Notes: generated by a model from the letters alone, not told the origin. DNA of 63,778 bases, filler included, from Guillardia theta CCMP2712 (GCF_000315625.1; 6 parts of 6 records of this genome joined end to end with filler, not necessarily neighbours in it), one strand, 5' to 3'; positions 37,301-50,273 are shown, counted from the first letter of the whole stretch. Numbers and translations: made by a program.

Positions 37301-38322
37301 ACCAGCCGCTCTGACCTGCTCAGGTCGGCCTCGCTCCCTCCGAAGCAGCTCATGTCAATCTTCTGCCCTATCGCAGGAGGGAAGTCATGCTTGTCGTGCT
37401 CCTCCGTCAGGCGCCTCGGAGCTTGCTCGCGGGGTCCAGCAGCTGCCTCTGCTCGAGTCGTTGCGCAGTCGCTCGCGTCCTCCGGCACGTCCTGCGTCTC
37501 GCCCTTCCAATGTTCGTGCTGGGCAGCCTGTGGGTTCTGATTCTGATCCACGATCTCTTCTGAAACCTCCACTATCTTTCCTTTCTGCTGCACTTCATCC
37601 ATCGAAGCATTCTTGGCACCATTGCCGGCCTCACCAGAGCCATCGTTCTGCGACACTCCAGGCTCCTGTTCTTGCTCCTGCTCCTGCTCATGCCCCTGCC
37701 TCTGCCCCTGCCCCTGCTCCTGCTCCTGCCCCTGCCCCTGATCCTGCTCTTGCCCCTGCTCTTGCTCTTGCTCTTGCTCCTGCTCCTGCTCCTGCTCCTC
37801 CGGTCTCTCGGTCTCCTCACTATGTTGAGTCTCTTGGGATTCCTGAACGACCTCGAGGCTGCCAGCACTCAAGTGCTGGATCATCCCATCAACCTTATCT
37901 TGAATTTCATCGCTGCTAAATTGCCGTTCACCCTCAGACCCCCGCTTGTTTGACGCCGCCGCCTTCCGTTTACCTCCGTTGCACGTGTCAACAGCAGCCT
38001 TCTTCGCGCTGTCATCGACCAGCTGCGCCGAGTCATTCTCTACATGCGACTTTCTCCTGCTGCTCCCACCCTCGGGCCCATGAATCTCGGACATTTCCAG
38101 ATCTTCACAACTCAACGTCGTGTCGCTCGCCTCTGGGCTCAGCTGTATCCCTTCCTCGTCTGCCTTTGCGACAAGCTTCCTAGACAGTCCACCAGCGACG
38201 TCTTGATCATCACAGCTCACGTTGCAGGCGAGCGGGAGGGCCGTCAGACCCGGGCCTCTGTCTGGTAGGTTGTGGGAGTCGACAAAACCCATTCCCCTCC
38301 TGCTCTCAATCTGATAGTTCAT
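34340..38322 (-). CDS. Chromo-barrel/Tudor-knot plus AP2-domain nuclear protein (frameshift at ~36274-36279; 3' exons across a gap uncertain)
   Basis: Tudor-knot: QWLATIMEMNKNYAKVHYKGWSKSCDDWV. AP2-like: GVELC..GQWRV..FVGTYSSKEEA and KWEAYLAIDGREYTLGRFAVLKEAARAWDMAAIRL..HNLP. Confidence 0.75.
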
Positions 38323-39725
38323 AATCGTTCGTCAAGAGCACGAAAGCTTGTTAAACCATGGATGTAGAGATGTCTCATCAACAAGAGAATGATGTCACTG
38401 TTCCAGATATCTATAGGGGGGGGTAGAGGGAAGAGTATTCAAAACCTCATGTAAGATCGTCGTGATTGGTACTTGGATGTCTGGGTCCAAAGGAGCGAGA
38501 TGATCAGGCCATCACTGTAGATGATGTCATCAGGTCATGACTGTACAACAACAACATCATCGCAAGAACAAAACTATCATCAATCCAGAAGATATGCAAT
38601 GGTCACTATCTCTCACAAAATTACTCCGTCCTTTCGCAGCCCCTTCGCTATGTGCATCCACATCACCTTTCTCCCTTTCATCCTCACTCCCCTGAAGAGC
38701 TTGTCCATACTTCTCATCTCCTCCTCTACCTCTCTCATCTGTTGCGATTGCCTGCTTGTAAACAGGCAACCTCTCTTGATTCCTCCCCTCAACCAGTATA
38801 CACTTCTCCACTGGCATTCCCCTTCGATCGCTCCCTTCCTCTCCACCTATCCTCATCTCTTCCCTCTTCTGACTGTTCATTCCCATCCCCTTCTTTCTTG
38901 CTCCTTGCGAATTCCTCCTCTTCCTGCTTCGGAAACACCTTATCGCTCTCCCCCCTGCACCTTCCTTTCTCGTCACTGTCATATCTCGACACGTTGCCCT
39001 CCTCTCTTGATACAATCGCGGTCTCATCCCTGCTCCCTGCTCCCTGCTCCCTGCTCCCTGCTCCCTGCTCCCTGCTCCCTGCTCCCTGCTCCCTCCTCCC
39101 TCCTCCCTCCTCCCTCCTCCCTGCTCAACCATCACTCTGCCCATCCCTGCACATCCCGCCACCATTTACACACCCGCCATCCCTTCTTCTCTTCCTCCCG
39201 CTATCTCTCTCCATAGCTCTTCCTCCTGCTCCTCCTGCTCCTCCTCCTCCTCTTCCCCTTCGTCCTCCCCCTCCTCCCCCTCATTTTCCCCTCCCCATCG
39301 GCAGCCCCTGCCTCGTGCCCTTCTATTCCCGCCATGTTGTCCGCCGCCGAGGAACGAAAGGACGACAGTTCTTTACTTAACAATTATATTCATCAAATGT
39401 GAGGGTAGGGTAATTACCCCACCCCTCATTATCCAGATAATTTCTTAGATTATCACCCCATTCTCCACTTTGGATTCTCTCTAGCACCGGTACCAATACA
39501 AATTCTTTTTTGTGGTGGAGCGGGGGGAATCTTGAGGTACAGGTGATTGGTACGGATCGTTCGTACCAGCAACGTATCGTGGTACCTTGCTAGGTACCAA
39601 GAGCGCGAACCAGTACAAGATCGAGGTACTGAACGATATCTATGTACAATATGCATCCTCCCCGAGCTCGAACGACAACCGTCCTCATCCTCACACTGTG
39701 CCACATTTTCTCACCAGGATCGCCA

Positions 39726-41145
39726 ATGGCTTCCGTCGTGAAATATTCCTTCCCGCTTACAAGATGCAAAACCGTTCACTTTGTGAGGTAAGAACGCGAC
39801 AATACTTCGTCATGAGCCATCGGAGGTTGTCTTCAAGATGTTTGATCTCGTGTCCAAGTCACAACATCAATCTGTCCGCTAGCAATCGTGCCACTTTCTT
39901 CAAGCTGTCACTGTTGTACGTTAGTTGTATTCTCTTAGAGGATTTCCTCCTTGAGTTTCACCACCAACCATCCTAGCTATGTATCTTGTACCAAGTGTGA
40001 CAAGTTGCTTTCTCCCTATGATCCTCCAGGCATGCTGAGGCAACTTCAAACCAAGCCGCCAAGGGGCTGGAGGGGGAGGCAAGGAATGCGGTGAAGAGGA
40101 CGTAAGGAACCTGATCATGGTGCGCTAACATGGCACCTAACAAGGCATACGATGACCCGCGGTGGTTTGATGCAAGATTGTCACCGGAAGGAGAGGAGCA
40201 GTGCGTGAGTTTGTGCTTGCAAGCGAGGAAGCGCTCTGAATTTCGCGTCTTTCTAGAACGATCTGCTCGCAAGCTCGAAGGATATCAGCTATTCGCTCGT
40301 GATCATCTCGCCGTTGACAAGGGCGCTGCAAACGCTCAAGTTGGGCCTGCGGGTTCCTGAGCATACTCGCATCGTCGCGCTGGAGACGGCGAGGGAGCGG
40401 AAAGGTTTCGTTTCTACCCCTCCGCTGCTCCTCCCTCAAGACTTGATTGTAGGACTTCACCCGTGCGATAGCAGGAGATCAAGAGAGATTCTGCAAGCCG
40501 AGTACCCGGATGTGATGGCAGCTTCATGTGATTCCTGATGGACCTCGCGCGCTCATGGAGTTCTTGACCAGGTTGACTTCTCTGCTGTGCCTGAGGGAGA
40601 AGATAAGTTCATGTCGAACATGTAACATCCGTTGGGTTATGCATAGCTGAGAATCCTTCAGATTGGGAGGGAGCTTTGATCGACGTGAGACCAACGAGGA
40701 GCTAGATAGCAGAATCCAGGAGACGTTGAGTTTCATTGGTGAGGACCACGCTCTTCCTGCAGATATCAACAGATTTCATGTTGACTCCGTTGGTTTGACG
40801 CAGCGGGGAGAGAGGAGAGGGAGATTCTGTTTGTTGGCCACAGCTCTTTCTTTCAGAGAATGTTTGAGGTCTGTTCACTCTCGCCCTTGTTCCCCTCCAG
40901 AACTGCCTGCTTGCCTTGCACGTGTCTTCCCACCCATGCAAATCTCCTCTGCTTCCTTCTCTTCCCTGCTCAACATCTGCTGTAAGATAACAATCATCTC
41001 CACGTGGCGTCAACAGATTGTACATGATCGATGCACGCTTGTCACACTTGCATCGCAGGCCCATATCGGATGGGATTGTGAAAGCTACGGCCCTTCGTGG
41101 TTAGAGAATGCTGAGCTCCGAACAGTCAATCTTGTTCTGAGATGA
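39726..41145 (+). CDS. Histidine phosphatase / phosphoglycerate mutase-like protein (PMU1-like)
   Basis: MASVVKYSFPLTRCKTVHFVR|HAEATSN; DARLSPEGEEQC; ISPLTRALQT; GLHPCDSRR; RETNEELDSR; ENAELRTV. Confidence 0.9.
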
Positions 41146-41554
41146 ACAGATTGGAGAACAGGGAGGAAACAAAACAAGCTTTGAAAGACAACATGTGATA
41201 ATCACGGTTTTGATCAGCAAGCTTGCGAAAGTTAACAGTGGTATTAAACTGCTGAACCACTTTGACTTGCTGCGCTTGACGTGTATCATTCCGTACACTG
41301 AGAACACAAGGCATTGCAGTCATGTGCTGAATCCCGTTCCTTTGTGATGTGAATATTTTTAGAATTTCCTACGCAATACACAATTTTCCAAGGGAGAACA
41401 AGATTTACAACGTGTATTCAAGTGTTCATTAAAAATTATTCGTCATGTACGCGAATCTCTCTCAGCCATCTTGCTCCCTCTGTCTGTGTAGTTAACCAAC
41501 AGATTAAATTCTGGAATCCATGGAGGGAATTTCAAACAACACGACTTCAATTCC

Positions 41555-42109
41555 TCACACTCCTCCCTCCTCACTTCTACTCTTCCTCTCCGCTTCCTCC
41601 CTGATACTCTGTAGAATCATCGACCTGTTCTTGATCCTCCCTCCTTCTGCAGACGCGATCACCTTCCTCGCATGCTCCGGCTTCAGCAGCTTGCTGATCG
41701 CCGCCCGGCTCTTTCCATATCTGAGCGCAATGTCCCACTGGTGTACCGCCCTGCGGCTGCTGGACGGCATTGCGTCCGAGGAGTAGTAGAGGCAGATGAT
41801 GTCGAGCTTCTCCTGGATGGAGAGGCGGGTCTTGCCGGAGCATGCGCGGCTATGGCGGCGTCGGGCGTCGGCGTCCCAGCGGGCTGCGGCGGCCGCATCG
41901 TTGTCCTGGGGAGATTGAGGTGCCTGTGGGAACGCAAAGCCAGCGTCGCTTGAAAGGGCAAGAGCGACTTCAGCTTCTGTGTGTCGGGTGGAAGCTTCTG
42001 CTGAAGGAGGCAAGAAGATGCTCGGAAGCCGGAAGTCAACAGGGTTGAGGATATGCGCGAGATGTGCGGGGCATATTGATGGGGAGGCTGGGCTCATGAT
42101 GTACAGCAA
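41555..42109 (-). CDS. CENP-B N-terminal/Psq-type HTH protein, paralog 1
   Basis: KTRLSIQEKLDII...QWDIALRYGKSRAAISKLLK. No DDE domain. The first in-frame ATG lies a few codons inside the ORF. Confidence 0.75.
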   Translation of the reverse strand: MLYIMSPASPSICPAHLAHILNPVDFRLPSIFLPPSAEASTRHTEAEVALALSSDAGFAFPQAPQSPQDNDAAAAARWDADARRRHSRACSGKTRLSIQEKLDIICLYYSSDAMPSSSRRAVHQWDIALRYGKSRAAISKLLKPEHARKVIASAEGGRIKNRSMILQSIREEAERKSRSEEGGV

Positions 42110-42379
42110 ACCTTAGCAGAAATTCAGACAAGAGGCGGGGGAGCGAATGAACAGAGGGGAAGAAGGAGGAAGAGGAGTTGTGTGAGATAACTCTCAGCAA
42201 GGATCGGGTGAGGAGGGGCGGGGGCGAGAAGGAGGAGGAGGAAGAGGAGGAGGAGGAAGGGGGGGGGGGGGGAGGGGGCAGGAGGCGACAAGCGTAGAGG
42301 AAGGGACGTGCAGCGGCTGACATGGGTGGGTGTGAGTTTCTGAGGGGGTGGGGGGTGGGGATAAGCCAGGGAGAGTGCC

Positions 42380-43000
42380 AGGCAGACAGGGGTAGGGTGC
42401 GGAAGATTCGGTGAAGTTTGGAATTTGGTGGGGTACATTATTATGATTTACCGGGGTATTTTTGTGAGAGAGGTGCATTCCTTGATGGGTAGGGTGATTT
42501 AAATCTAGTAAGCTGGTTGTAAACATTGAAATTACCAGGGTAGGGGTACACTTGGGGACCGGACGTAGGGGGTGAAAGGGGTTGTTATGGCAGGGGTCAG
42601 TTCCAAGGGTGGGGTAGTGCTAAAAGTCTGATTATTAGTCACTTTTGGAAGATGGAGGGGTGGAGTGAAACTTGGGTGGGTGATACATCTCTTATAGTAG
42701 TCGTAGACAGATATTTGGTAGGGTAGTAAATAGTATAAGGTGCGGTAGGGGTCATGATTGTCAGGGTGCATGAGTACGTAGGGGTGATGACAGGGTTGGG
42801 ACCGTTGTCTTTTAGTTAATAGTTTAACTACCCAAAAGTTAATTGCGTTCGAAACGAATTCTTTACGGCCCCTACTACCCCTACCCCGAATATCCGAAAT
42901 TGTTCACCTTTATCACCCACCCACATACTATATTATCACCCACCCCTAAATACAGGGGTGGGTACCCACACCCACGGCCTGAAAGTCAAAAGTGAAAAAT
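42380..43000. promoter_or_regulatory. GGGTA/TACCC-rich tract upstream of HTH paralog 1
   Basis: Dense GGGGTA/GGGTG copies. Confidence 0.45.
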
Positions 43001-44498
43001 CATTTTTCACAGCCCGAAAATGTTTGAAAGATTCTAATTGCATTTGAAAATTTGTCGTTGAAATTGGGTGCACCCGTCGACACCGGAGCTCCGAGTGACC
43101 GGAAAAAGAGCCCGGCCAGAAGGAAAAAAGAAATCCCCTAGGGGAACCAAAAATGCTGTGAAAATAGGCGGCAGGAGGAGGGGTGGGGCAGGAAGAGGAA
43201 GGAACAGGAAAAAGGAGGAGCAGGAAGAAGGAGGAACAGGAAGAGTATCAGCGGGATATGCTGTTTAGGAAAGCTATGGCTGGGCGATATGGGAGGGAGG
43301 AAAGGAAGAACCAGGAGGAGAGGGAGGAGGAAGAGGGATGAATCATCGATAACCCTCGCTGCTCCTCCTTTTCCGACCTCATCCTCTCGTTCCTTCGCAC
43401 CTCTCTCAACTTTGTCTCCCACTCATGATTCTTCTTGTCCTGGCTCTCCTCCCTATCCTCCCTACTCTGCGCTGTCTCTACTTCTCCTCTTGCTACCTTC
43501 TCTTTTGCTACCTCCACTCTGCCTTTTCACGTTTTCTCTTTTCCCTACGCCTTCATCATTCGCTACCTCTTCTCCCTTTATTCCCTTACTTACTCTTCAC
43601 CTTCTGGTCATGCATTGTTCCACCAGCAGAGAAAAGCTACAGCCATGTCATAAACAACCACTAGAAGGAGCTCAGGGTCAATGTAAAGCTGGATGTGATC
43701 AAGTGCTTGTGCTCTTCTCAGTGAAACAGCTGCGGATTAAGAGTTCAATCGCGCCGCTGCCTTGTTAGGTTGTAGTTGTTGCCAAGATTATGTCGAAAAG
43801 GGACATGCTATGAAACCTTCTATCATAGCAAGCCATACACAGCCGGTCTGAGAATCAGGAGCACAAGGTTGAAAATGTGATAGAGCCACCTCATTGGATC
43901 TTGATGTTGTACACTATGTCACAATTTTTCTCTTTCATGTCATCCATCCTGAACGCACTCTGCCTTTGTCTGTGCATTTTCTCTGCCTGCCTGCCTGCCT
44001 GCCTGCTTGTGAAAGTATTCCATCTCATCCTTCCGTGAGAATGATGGGTAGTCATCCTGACAACAATTTTCATCCTTAAAGTCGGAGAACATGGTGGACG
44101 TTAACTTTTAATGATATCATGTTTATGATCAAATAAATGACGTCCCGAAAGATTCTCTGAAGGAATACTTTCTCCATCGTTCCTCGGAGGCACATCTTCG
44201 TCCTGCCATTCAAGTTTGACAAAAGTGCTAGATGTACGGACTTATTGTAGTAGTCTTCATCGCACCTTCGGTTGGGCTTGTGCTCAGTTGCGAATGGAAG
44301 TGATAGAGGATTTGCAATGTGTTCCAACATGTCGAAAATTCGAGCATTGACAACAGAGGGAAGAGATCTGAGTTTTCATTTATTTAACATTGTGAATAAA
44401 TCTGTCTTGTCGAAAAACACCAACTGTTCTGCATATTGAGCATTCTTGCCCAACTGAGAGAAGTATGGCCGTTGACTTGCATTTTCATCGTGCTGCTG

Positions 44499-45020
44499 CT
44501 ACTGTTCCCCCCCTCCCTCCTCACTGCTCTTCCTCTCCGCCTCCTCCCCGATACTCTGTAGAATCATCGACCTGTTCTTGATCCTCCCTCCTTCTGCAGA
44601 CGCGATCACCTTCCTCGCGTACTCCGGCTTCAGCAGCTTGCTGATCGCCGCCCGGCTCTTCCCGTACCTCGCCGCCAGGTCCCACTGGTGTACCGCCCTC
44701 CGGCTGCTCAGCGGCGAGACGTCGGACAGGTAGTAGAGGCTGATGATGTCGATCTTGTCCTGGATGGAGAGGCGGGTCTTGCCGGAGCATGCGCGGCTAT
44801 GGCGGCGTCGGGCGTCGGCGTCCCAGCGGGCTGCGGCGGCTTTGGAGTCTTGATGATACTCAATCGTTCGATCAGAGGAGGGGCAGGAGCTGCAGGGATG
44901 AGCTGGAGGGGAGAAGGAGAAGGGGGGGGGAGGAGAGTCAAAGGCGTTGAGGATGTGGGCGAGATGCGAGGGAGACGCTGCATGGCTCGAGCCAGGGCAC
45001 GAGCTGTCCATGGATAGCAA
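44499..45020 (-). CDS. CENP-B N-terminal/Psq-type HTH protein, paralog 2
   Basis: KTRLSIQDKIDII...QWDLAARYGKSRAAISKLLK. Confidence 0.75.
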   Translation of the reverse strand: MLSMDSSCPGSSHAASPSHLAHILNAFDSPPPPFSFSPPAHPCSSCPSSDRTIEYHQDSKAAAARWDADARRRHSRACSGKTRLSIQDKIDIISLYYLSDVSPLSSRRAVHQWDLAARYGKSRAAISKLLKPEYARKVIASAEGGRIKNRSMILQSIGEEAERKSSEEGGGEQ

Positions 45021-45169
45021 GAGGCGGACGAAGTTGACAAGCGTGTGACCGCACCAATCAGTACCAGGTTCTCTTTACTCAAAGTTAAGTTAGAATCAGT
45101 ACGAGGACAATCTCAGGAGAACCAGGTACGTTGAAATACCTTGTACCGAATCTTTCAGTTAACAGTGGA

Positions 45170-45375
45170 TCAGTGCCGCGGCTGACGCCCGACCACGGTG
45201 CACTGAGCAGCGCCGCGCGGCCCCCGCCAAGGCGGCCCGGGCCGCCAAGCCTCACTCAGTCACGGCCGCGCCGCTCAGTGACGCCGGTGCCGCAGCCACC
45301 ACGGGTGGCCAGTGCGGCCCCGGCAGGCCGCCAGAGTACGGTCACTGTCAGCGGCACGCCGGTCGGAGTCCAACC
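45170..45375. other. CCGG-rich GC island between paralogs 2 and 3
   Basis: Composition and word set. Confidence 0.6.
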
Positions 45376-45482
45376 ATCCGAGATGGGTAACTTGACCATA
45401 CAGTGGTTTATATACTGCGGTAAGTTACACTGGCACTATTCGGCGTGTGACGAGGTTCCCAAGGTGACCTGATCGGACAAGC

Positions 45483-46436
45483 TCAGGCCTTCTTGGTCGG
45501 AGCTGCCGCCGCCTTCTTGCGTCTGACCTCCTCCTTGATGCTCTTGATAATCTTCCTGCGATTCTTCGCCATCTTCCCCTCGATCGTTGTCGTCATCACC
45601 TTCAGCGCGTTCTCTGCCTTCAGCAGCTTGCTGATCGCCGCCCCGCTCTTCCCGAAAACGTGCGCGATGTCCCACTGGTTGACTATCCTCCTGCTACTCG
45701 ACGGCGAAGCTTCGGATAGGTAGTACATGTAGATGATGTCGAGCTTCTCCTGGATGGAGAGGCGGGTCTTGCCGGAGCATGCGCGGCTATGGCGGCGTCG
45801 GGCGTCGGCGTCCCAGCGGGCACCACCAGCCTCCTCCTCGTCTCCTTGCTGCTTCTGAGCGATACATTTCTCATGCGTGCTGCTCTCGCCCTTGGAACTG
45901 AAGACATGAGTCGTGCCAGCTTGCCAGGGACGGACTTTGTTTTGATCAGCAAGTGGATAGATGACAGAGGCGAGTCGAGGAAGGGGGCAGTCTACTGGGT
46001 TCAGGATATGGGCAAGATGAGCTTGAGTGGATGCAGGGTGAAAAGGTGAAGGAGCATTTGGAGAGGATGAGCGAGAGAGGGTGACATCACGGGGGGGAGA
46101 GGGAGGGGAAAAGGAGGAAGTAACAGAAGGAAGGGAGCGGGGGGAATCTAACTCACTGTCTGGGGAGGCAGGATCTGGAGACGAAGGAAACAATTGGAGA
46201 GGAAGCGGTGTGGAACAAAGAGAAGCAGGTACAACAGGACAATCGTGAGGAGGAGGAGGGGGGGGTGGAGGACTCCCCGAGGAAGAATTGGGAGGAGAAC
46301 CCTTGGATGGACTTGTTCGAGGTTGACAAGGAGGGATAGCGTGAGGGCGAGGAGGGGACGATGCCGCTGCTGCTGGTGCGTCGGTATGCTGCATGCCGTT
46401 CGCTGTCGAAGTTGACAACTGGATGCTCATAGTCAA
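45483..46436 (-). CDS. CENP-B N-terminal/Psq-type HTH protein, paralog 3 (long Pro/Ser-rich N-terminus)
   Basis: KTRLSIQEKLDII...QWDIAHVFGKSGAAISKLLK. Confidence 0.75.
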   Translation of the reverse strand: MTMSIQLSTSTANGMQHTDAPAAAASSPPRPHAIPPCQPRTSPSKGSPPNSSSGSPPPPPPPPHDCPVVPASLCSTPLPLQLFPSSPDPASPDSELDSPRSLPSVTSSFSPPSPPRDVTLSRSSSPNAPSPFHPASTQAHLAHILNPVDCPLPRLASVIYPLADQNKVRPWQAGTTHVFSSKGESSTHEKCIAQKQQGDEEEAGGARWDADARRRHSRACSGKTRLSIQEKLDIIYMYYLSEASPSSSRRIVNQWDIAHVFGKSGAAISKLLKAENALKVMTTTIEGKMAKNRRKIIKSIKEEVRRKKAAAAPTKKA

Positions 46437-47567
46437 TATTTGGTGTTTATAGTCAACATTTACTACGGAGGAATGGCCCTGTAGTCAATAACCTAAGAAG
46501 TTGAAATTGCTCCTATCCAGTAAGGGTACCTCCACCCACCCTCTGCTTACCCCACCCTTAATTACCCAATGATTTTCTTATGAAAGGACCCGTGATTAAG
46601 GGACCCTTACCACCACTGTCACATTTCTACCCCACCTCTGCATGCGAAGTACCCACCCTCTATATGTTCATTCCATCATTCCTACCCCTACCCTTAATAA
46701 ATTTCTATGAGTGTACCCCAGGTACATTCCAAGCTATGACCAAATGCTAGCAGGGATGACCCCCACCCTCTCTTCAAAAGAATGTAGAGTAGGTCAGGAG
46801 GAAAGGAGGGAGAGGGACAGGGAGGAGGGAGGAGGGAGCAGGGAGCAGGGAGCAGGGAGCAGGGAGCAGGGAGCAGGGAGCAGGGAGCAGGGAGCAGGGA
46901 GCAGGGAGCAGGGAGCAGGGACAGGGACAGGGGACAGGGACGAGGGACAGGGACGAGGGAGGAGGGACNNNNNNNNNNNNNNNNNNNNNNNNNNNNNNNN
47001 NNNNNNNNNNNNNNNNNNNNNNNNNNNNNNNNNNNNNNNNNNNNNNNNNNNNNNNNNNNNNNNNNNNNNNNNNNNNNNNNNNNNNNNNNNNNNNNNNNNN
47101 NNNNNNNNNNNNNNNNNNNNNNNNNNNNNNNNNNNNNNNNNNNNNNNNNNNNNNNNNNNNNNNNNNNNNNNNNNNNNNNNNNNNNNNNNNNNNNNNNNNN
47201 NNNNNNNNNNNNNNNNNNNNNNNNNNNNNNNNNNNNNNNNNNNNNNNNNNNNNNNNNNNNNNNNNNNNNNNNNNNNNNNNNNNNNNNNNNNNNNNNNNNN
47301 NNNNNNNNNNNNNNNNNNNNNNNNNNNNNNNNNNNNNNNNNNNNNNNNNNNNNNNNNNNNNNNNNNNNNNNNNNNNNNNNNNNNNNNNNNNNNNNNNNNN
47401 NNNNNNNNNNNNNNNNNNNNNNNNNNNNNNNNNNNNNNNNNNNNNNNNNNNNNNNNNNNNNNNNNNNNNNNNNNNNNNNNNNNNNNNNNNNNNNNNNNNN
47501 NNNNNNNNNNNNNNNNNNNNNNNNNNNNNNNNNNNNNGGAGGAGGTACAGTGAGGACAGGGACAGGT

Positions 47568-47598
<31 letters not shown>

Positions 47599-47838
47599 GG
47601 ACAGGGACAGGGACAAGGAGGAGGGAGAGGGAGGAGAGAGAGAGATGAAGACATAGAGGGAGAGAGAGAGGAGGCGGCGGAGAAGGGGAAAGGAGGGAGA
47701 GTAGAACAGAGCAATAGAGGAGAGAAAAGATCGTTTATCTTTTCTTCCATCCATTCTGAAATTCTTCAAGACATCTCGAGTAATTATGGTTAATTTATTG
47801 TTTTGAATTGGCTGATTCCACACATTGAACTAGACATT

Positions 47839-48532
47839 TCATTTCGACTGTTTTAGCTTCTTCTTCTTCTTCTTCTTCTTCTTCAACGTCTTTCTTTCTT
47901 CTTTCTGCACTCTCTTTCCCTTCTTTACACGCTTCATGCTTCTTGGAGCTTGATTCTTGACCGGAGATTTTTGCATCGAGTCGTTCATCGGAGCACCTTT
48001 TGCTCTCACCTCCTCCTGACCCTTCTTCTCCTCGTTTCTCTTCCTCTCGAGTGCCTTCATGTCTGCAGCATTTCTTTCAATCATTCTTCCGAGAATCTTG
48101 AACCTGACAACGCAATCAATGGACGAATAGCACACAACAAGGGAACAACAACTCTCTCTCTTTCATTGTTTGAAGAGCATCACAGCAGAGTGAACGTATC
48201 ATGTTTCGACATGTCAAATCTACACACCACAGAAAAGAAAGGGGAGAAAAGGATGGTGAGGTGATAAACACCACAACTTGGACGACGAAAACAATGATCA
48301 TCATCTCCATCATAGTCTCCTTCATCATCATCATCTCCTTCATCATCATCACCTCTTCATCATCATCACCTCCTTCGTCATCATCATCATCATCATCATC
48401 GTCTCCTTCATCATCATCATCATCATCTCCTTNNNNNNNNNNNNNNNNNNNNNNNNNNNNNNNNNNNNNNNNNNNNNNNNNNNNNNNNNNNNNNNNNNNN
48501 NNNNNNNNNNNNNNNNNNNNNNNNNNNNNNNN

Positions 48533-48572
<40 letters not shown>

Positions 48573-49695
48573 TCCATCATCATCATCACCACCACCACCA
48601 CCTCCTCCTCCTTCATCATCATCATCTCGCTTCCCCACAACCATCACCTTCTCACACCCACACAACCTCCCCTCCTCTCACCTTGACTTCAGCTCCGACG
48701 CCGATCGCGACTTGAAGAACCAGTCAAACACCCACTCTGGATCGCTTCTTATCCTCCTCTGCACTGTCCGCCACTGCCCGTAGCCGACCTCCATCACTGT
48801 AACGACCAAGAAACGGTCCTCCGAATCCGTCCATGGCCTCCGGTCGACCCCCTTGCGGTACGAAAGTTCCATCTGCAGTCTCGGATGCTTGTACTGCGCT
48901 ATCTTGTCCCTCACAGCCTGCTAGCAAGTCAGCAGCAGTGCAGCAAGCGAAGATGTCGCGGGGTTGATGTGTGTGACAAACTTAGTGACACGTGATGGTG
49001 AGACTGGTGTCGGAGAAAGAATGCTGAAGAGTTCATCCACGAGGAGGAGACGGTCGAGGGAGGAGGGAGGAAGCATCGTATGCTAGCCATCCCCAGCTTC
49101 CTCACGTGATACAAGACAGGAAACAGCATGACGTCACCTCGATCATCTTCTGTCTTTGCAGGATCTCCTCCTCCACTTGCTCAACGTTTCTGATCGTCGC
49201 GTTCCAGCCCTTGAACGCTTGCGGCCCCTTGGCGAAGAAATTTGAAACGTACCTCTCCACCTCCTCCTTGGACTTGTTCACCATCGCCTCAGCTATCGCC
49301 TCCGTGTCGTTGCGGCCAAACTCGTACAGCGCGCGCTTGAACGTCAGGAAGTCCTTCATCGTCCAGCTAACGAACCCTTCGTCCAGCAGTTGGTCCAGCT
49401 CGAGCTGAAGCGCTCTGGTCCATTTTCCCATCTGTGAGGTGAGAAAAATCAGGTCGGTCACGCTGACGTGTCACGTTACCTTGAGAATCTCTTCGATCGA
49501 ATGGTTGGGGCTCGTTGGCTGGGCCATGGCTGCCTTCCAGGCGGGCGATTCTCTTCTCGTACAGCTGGGAGATCCTCGAGACGTTGAGCAACTGGTGCTC
49601 GTAGAAGCTGGGAAGGGAGAAGTTCCTGGGCATCTTCAGCTGGACTTTGGCTGACTTGACCTTGGGCTTCTTCTCGTCATCGGCGAGGCGGATCT
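47839..49695 (-). CDS. ISWI-type HAND-SANT-SLIDE module (5' part lost at gap or fused to upstream gene)
   Basis: HAND: PSFYEHQLLNVSRISQLYEK. SANT: EGFVSWTMKDFLTFKRALYEFGRND. SLIDE: WTDSEDRFL..GYGQW..FDWFFKSRSASELK. Confidence 0.85.
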
Positions 49696-49848
49696 NNNNN
49701 NNNNNNNNNNNNNNNNNNNNNNNNNNNNNNNNNNNNNNNTTAATTAATTAANNNNNNNNNNNNNNNNNNNNNNNNNNNNNNNNNNNNNNNNNNNNGCAGT
49801 CAGAAGAAGAATGAGAAGGGGTGGGGATCAGGAGAACGACGAGAGGGA

Positions 49849-49884
<36 letters not shown>

Positions 49885-49989
49885 GAGGAGGAGGAGGAGG
49901 AGGAAGATGAAGATGAAGATGAAGATGAAGATGAAGATGAAGATGAAGATGAAGATGAAGATGAGGACTAGGAGGAAGGACGGAGGAGG

Positions 49990-50175
49990 AGCTTGTCACC
50001 ACCTTTGATGATATTCTTCTCCACAGCCTCCACCACACCCTCGTCCTCATGATGCTCCTGCCCGGACAAGAGACGACGAGCGTGAAGCTCCTCGAGCTTT
50101 TGCTGCAAGTCTTGCCTGCCATGTCTCACGCTCTGTAGGATGGGAAGAGACGGACAAGAAGGAGATGATTGAGAT

Positions 50176-50273
<98 letters not shown>

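Noticed and set aside
42380-43000. Interstitial telomeric repeats
   Set aside because: No tandem TTAGGG/TTTAGGG periodicity; motifs are irregular and on both strands.
43600-44340. Possible gene between HTH paralogs 1 and 2 (also 23940-24400, 25560-25930, 29220-30000)
   Set aside because: Only short ORFs with no recognisable motif or consistent exon chain.
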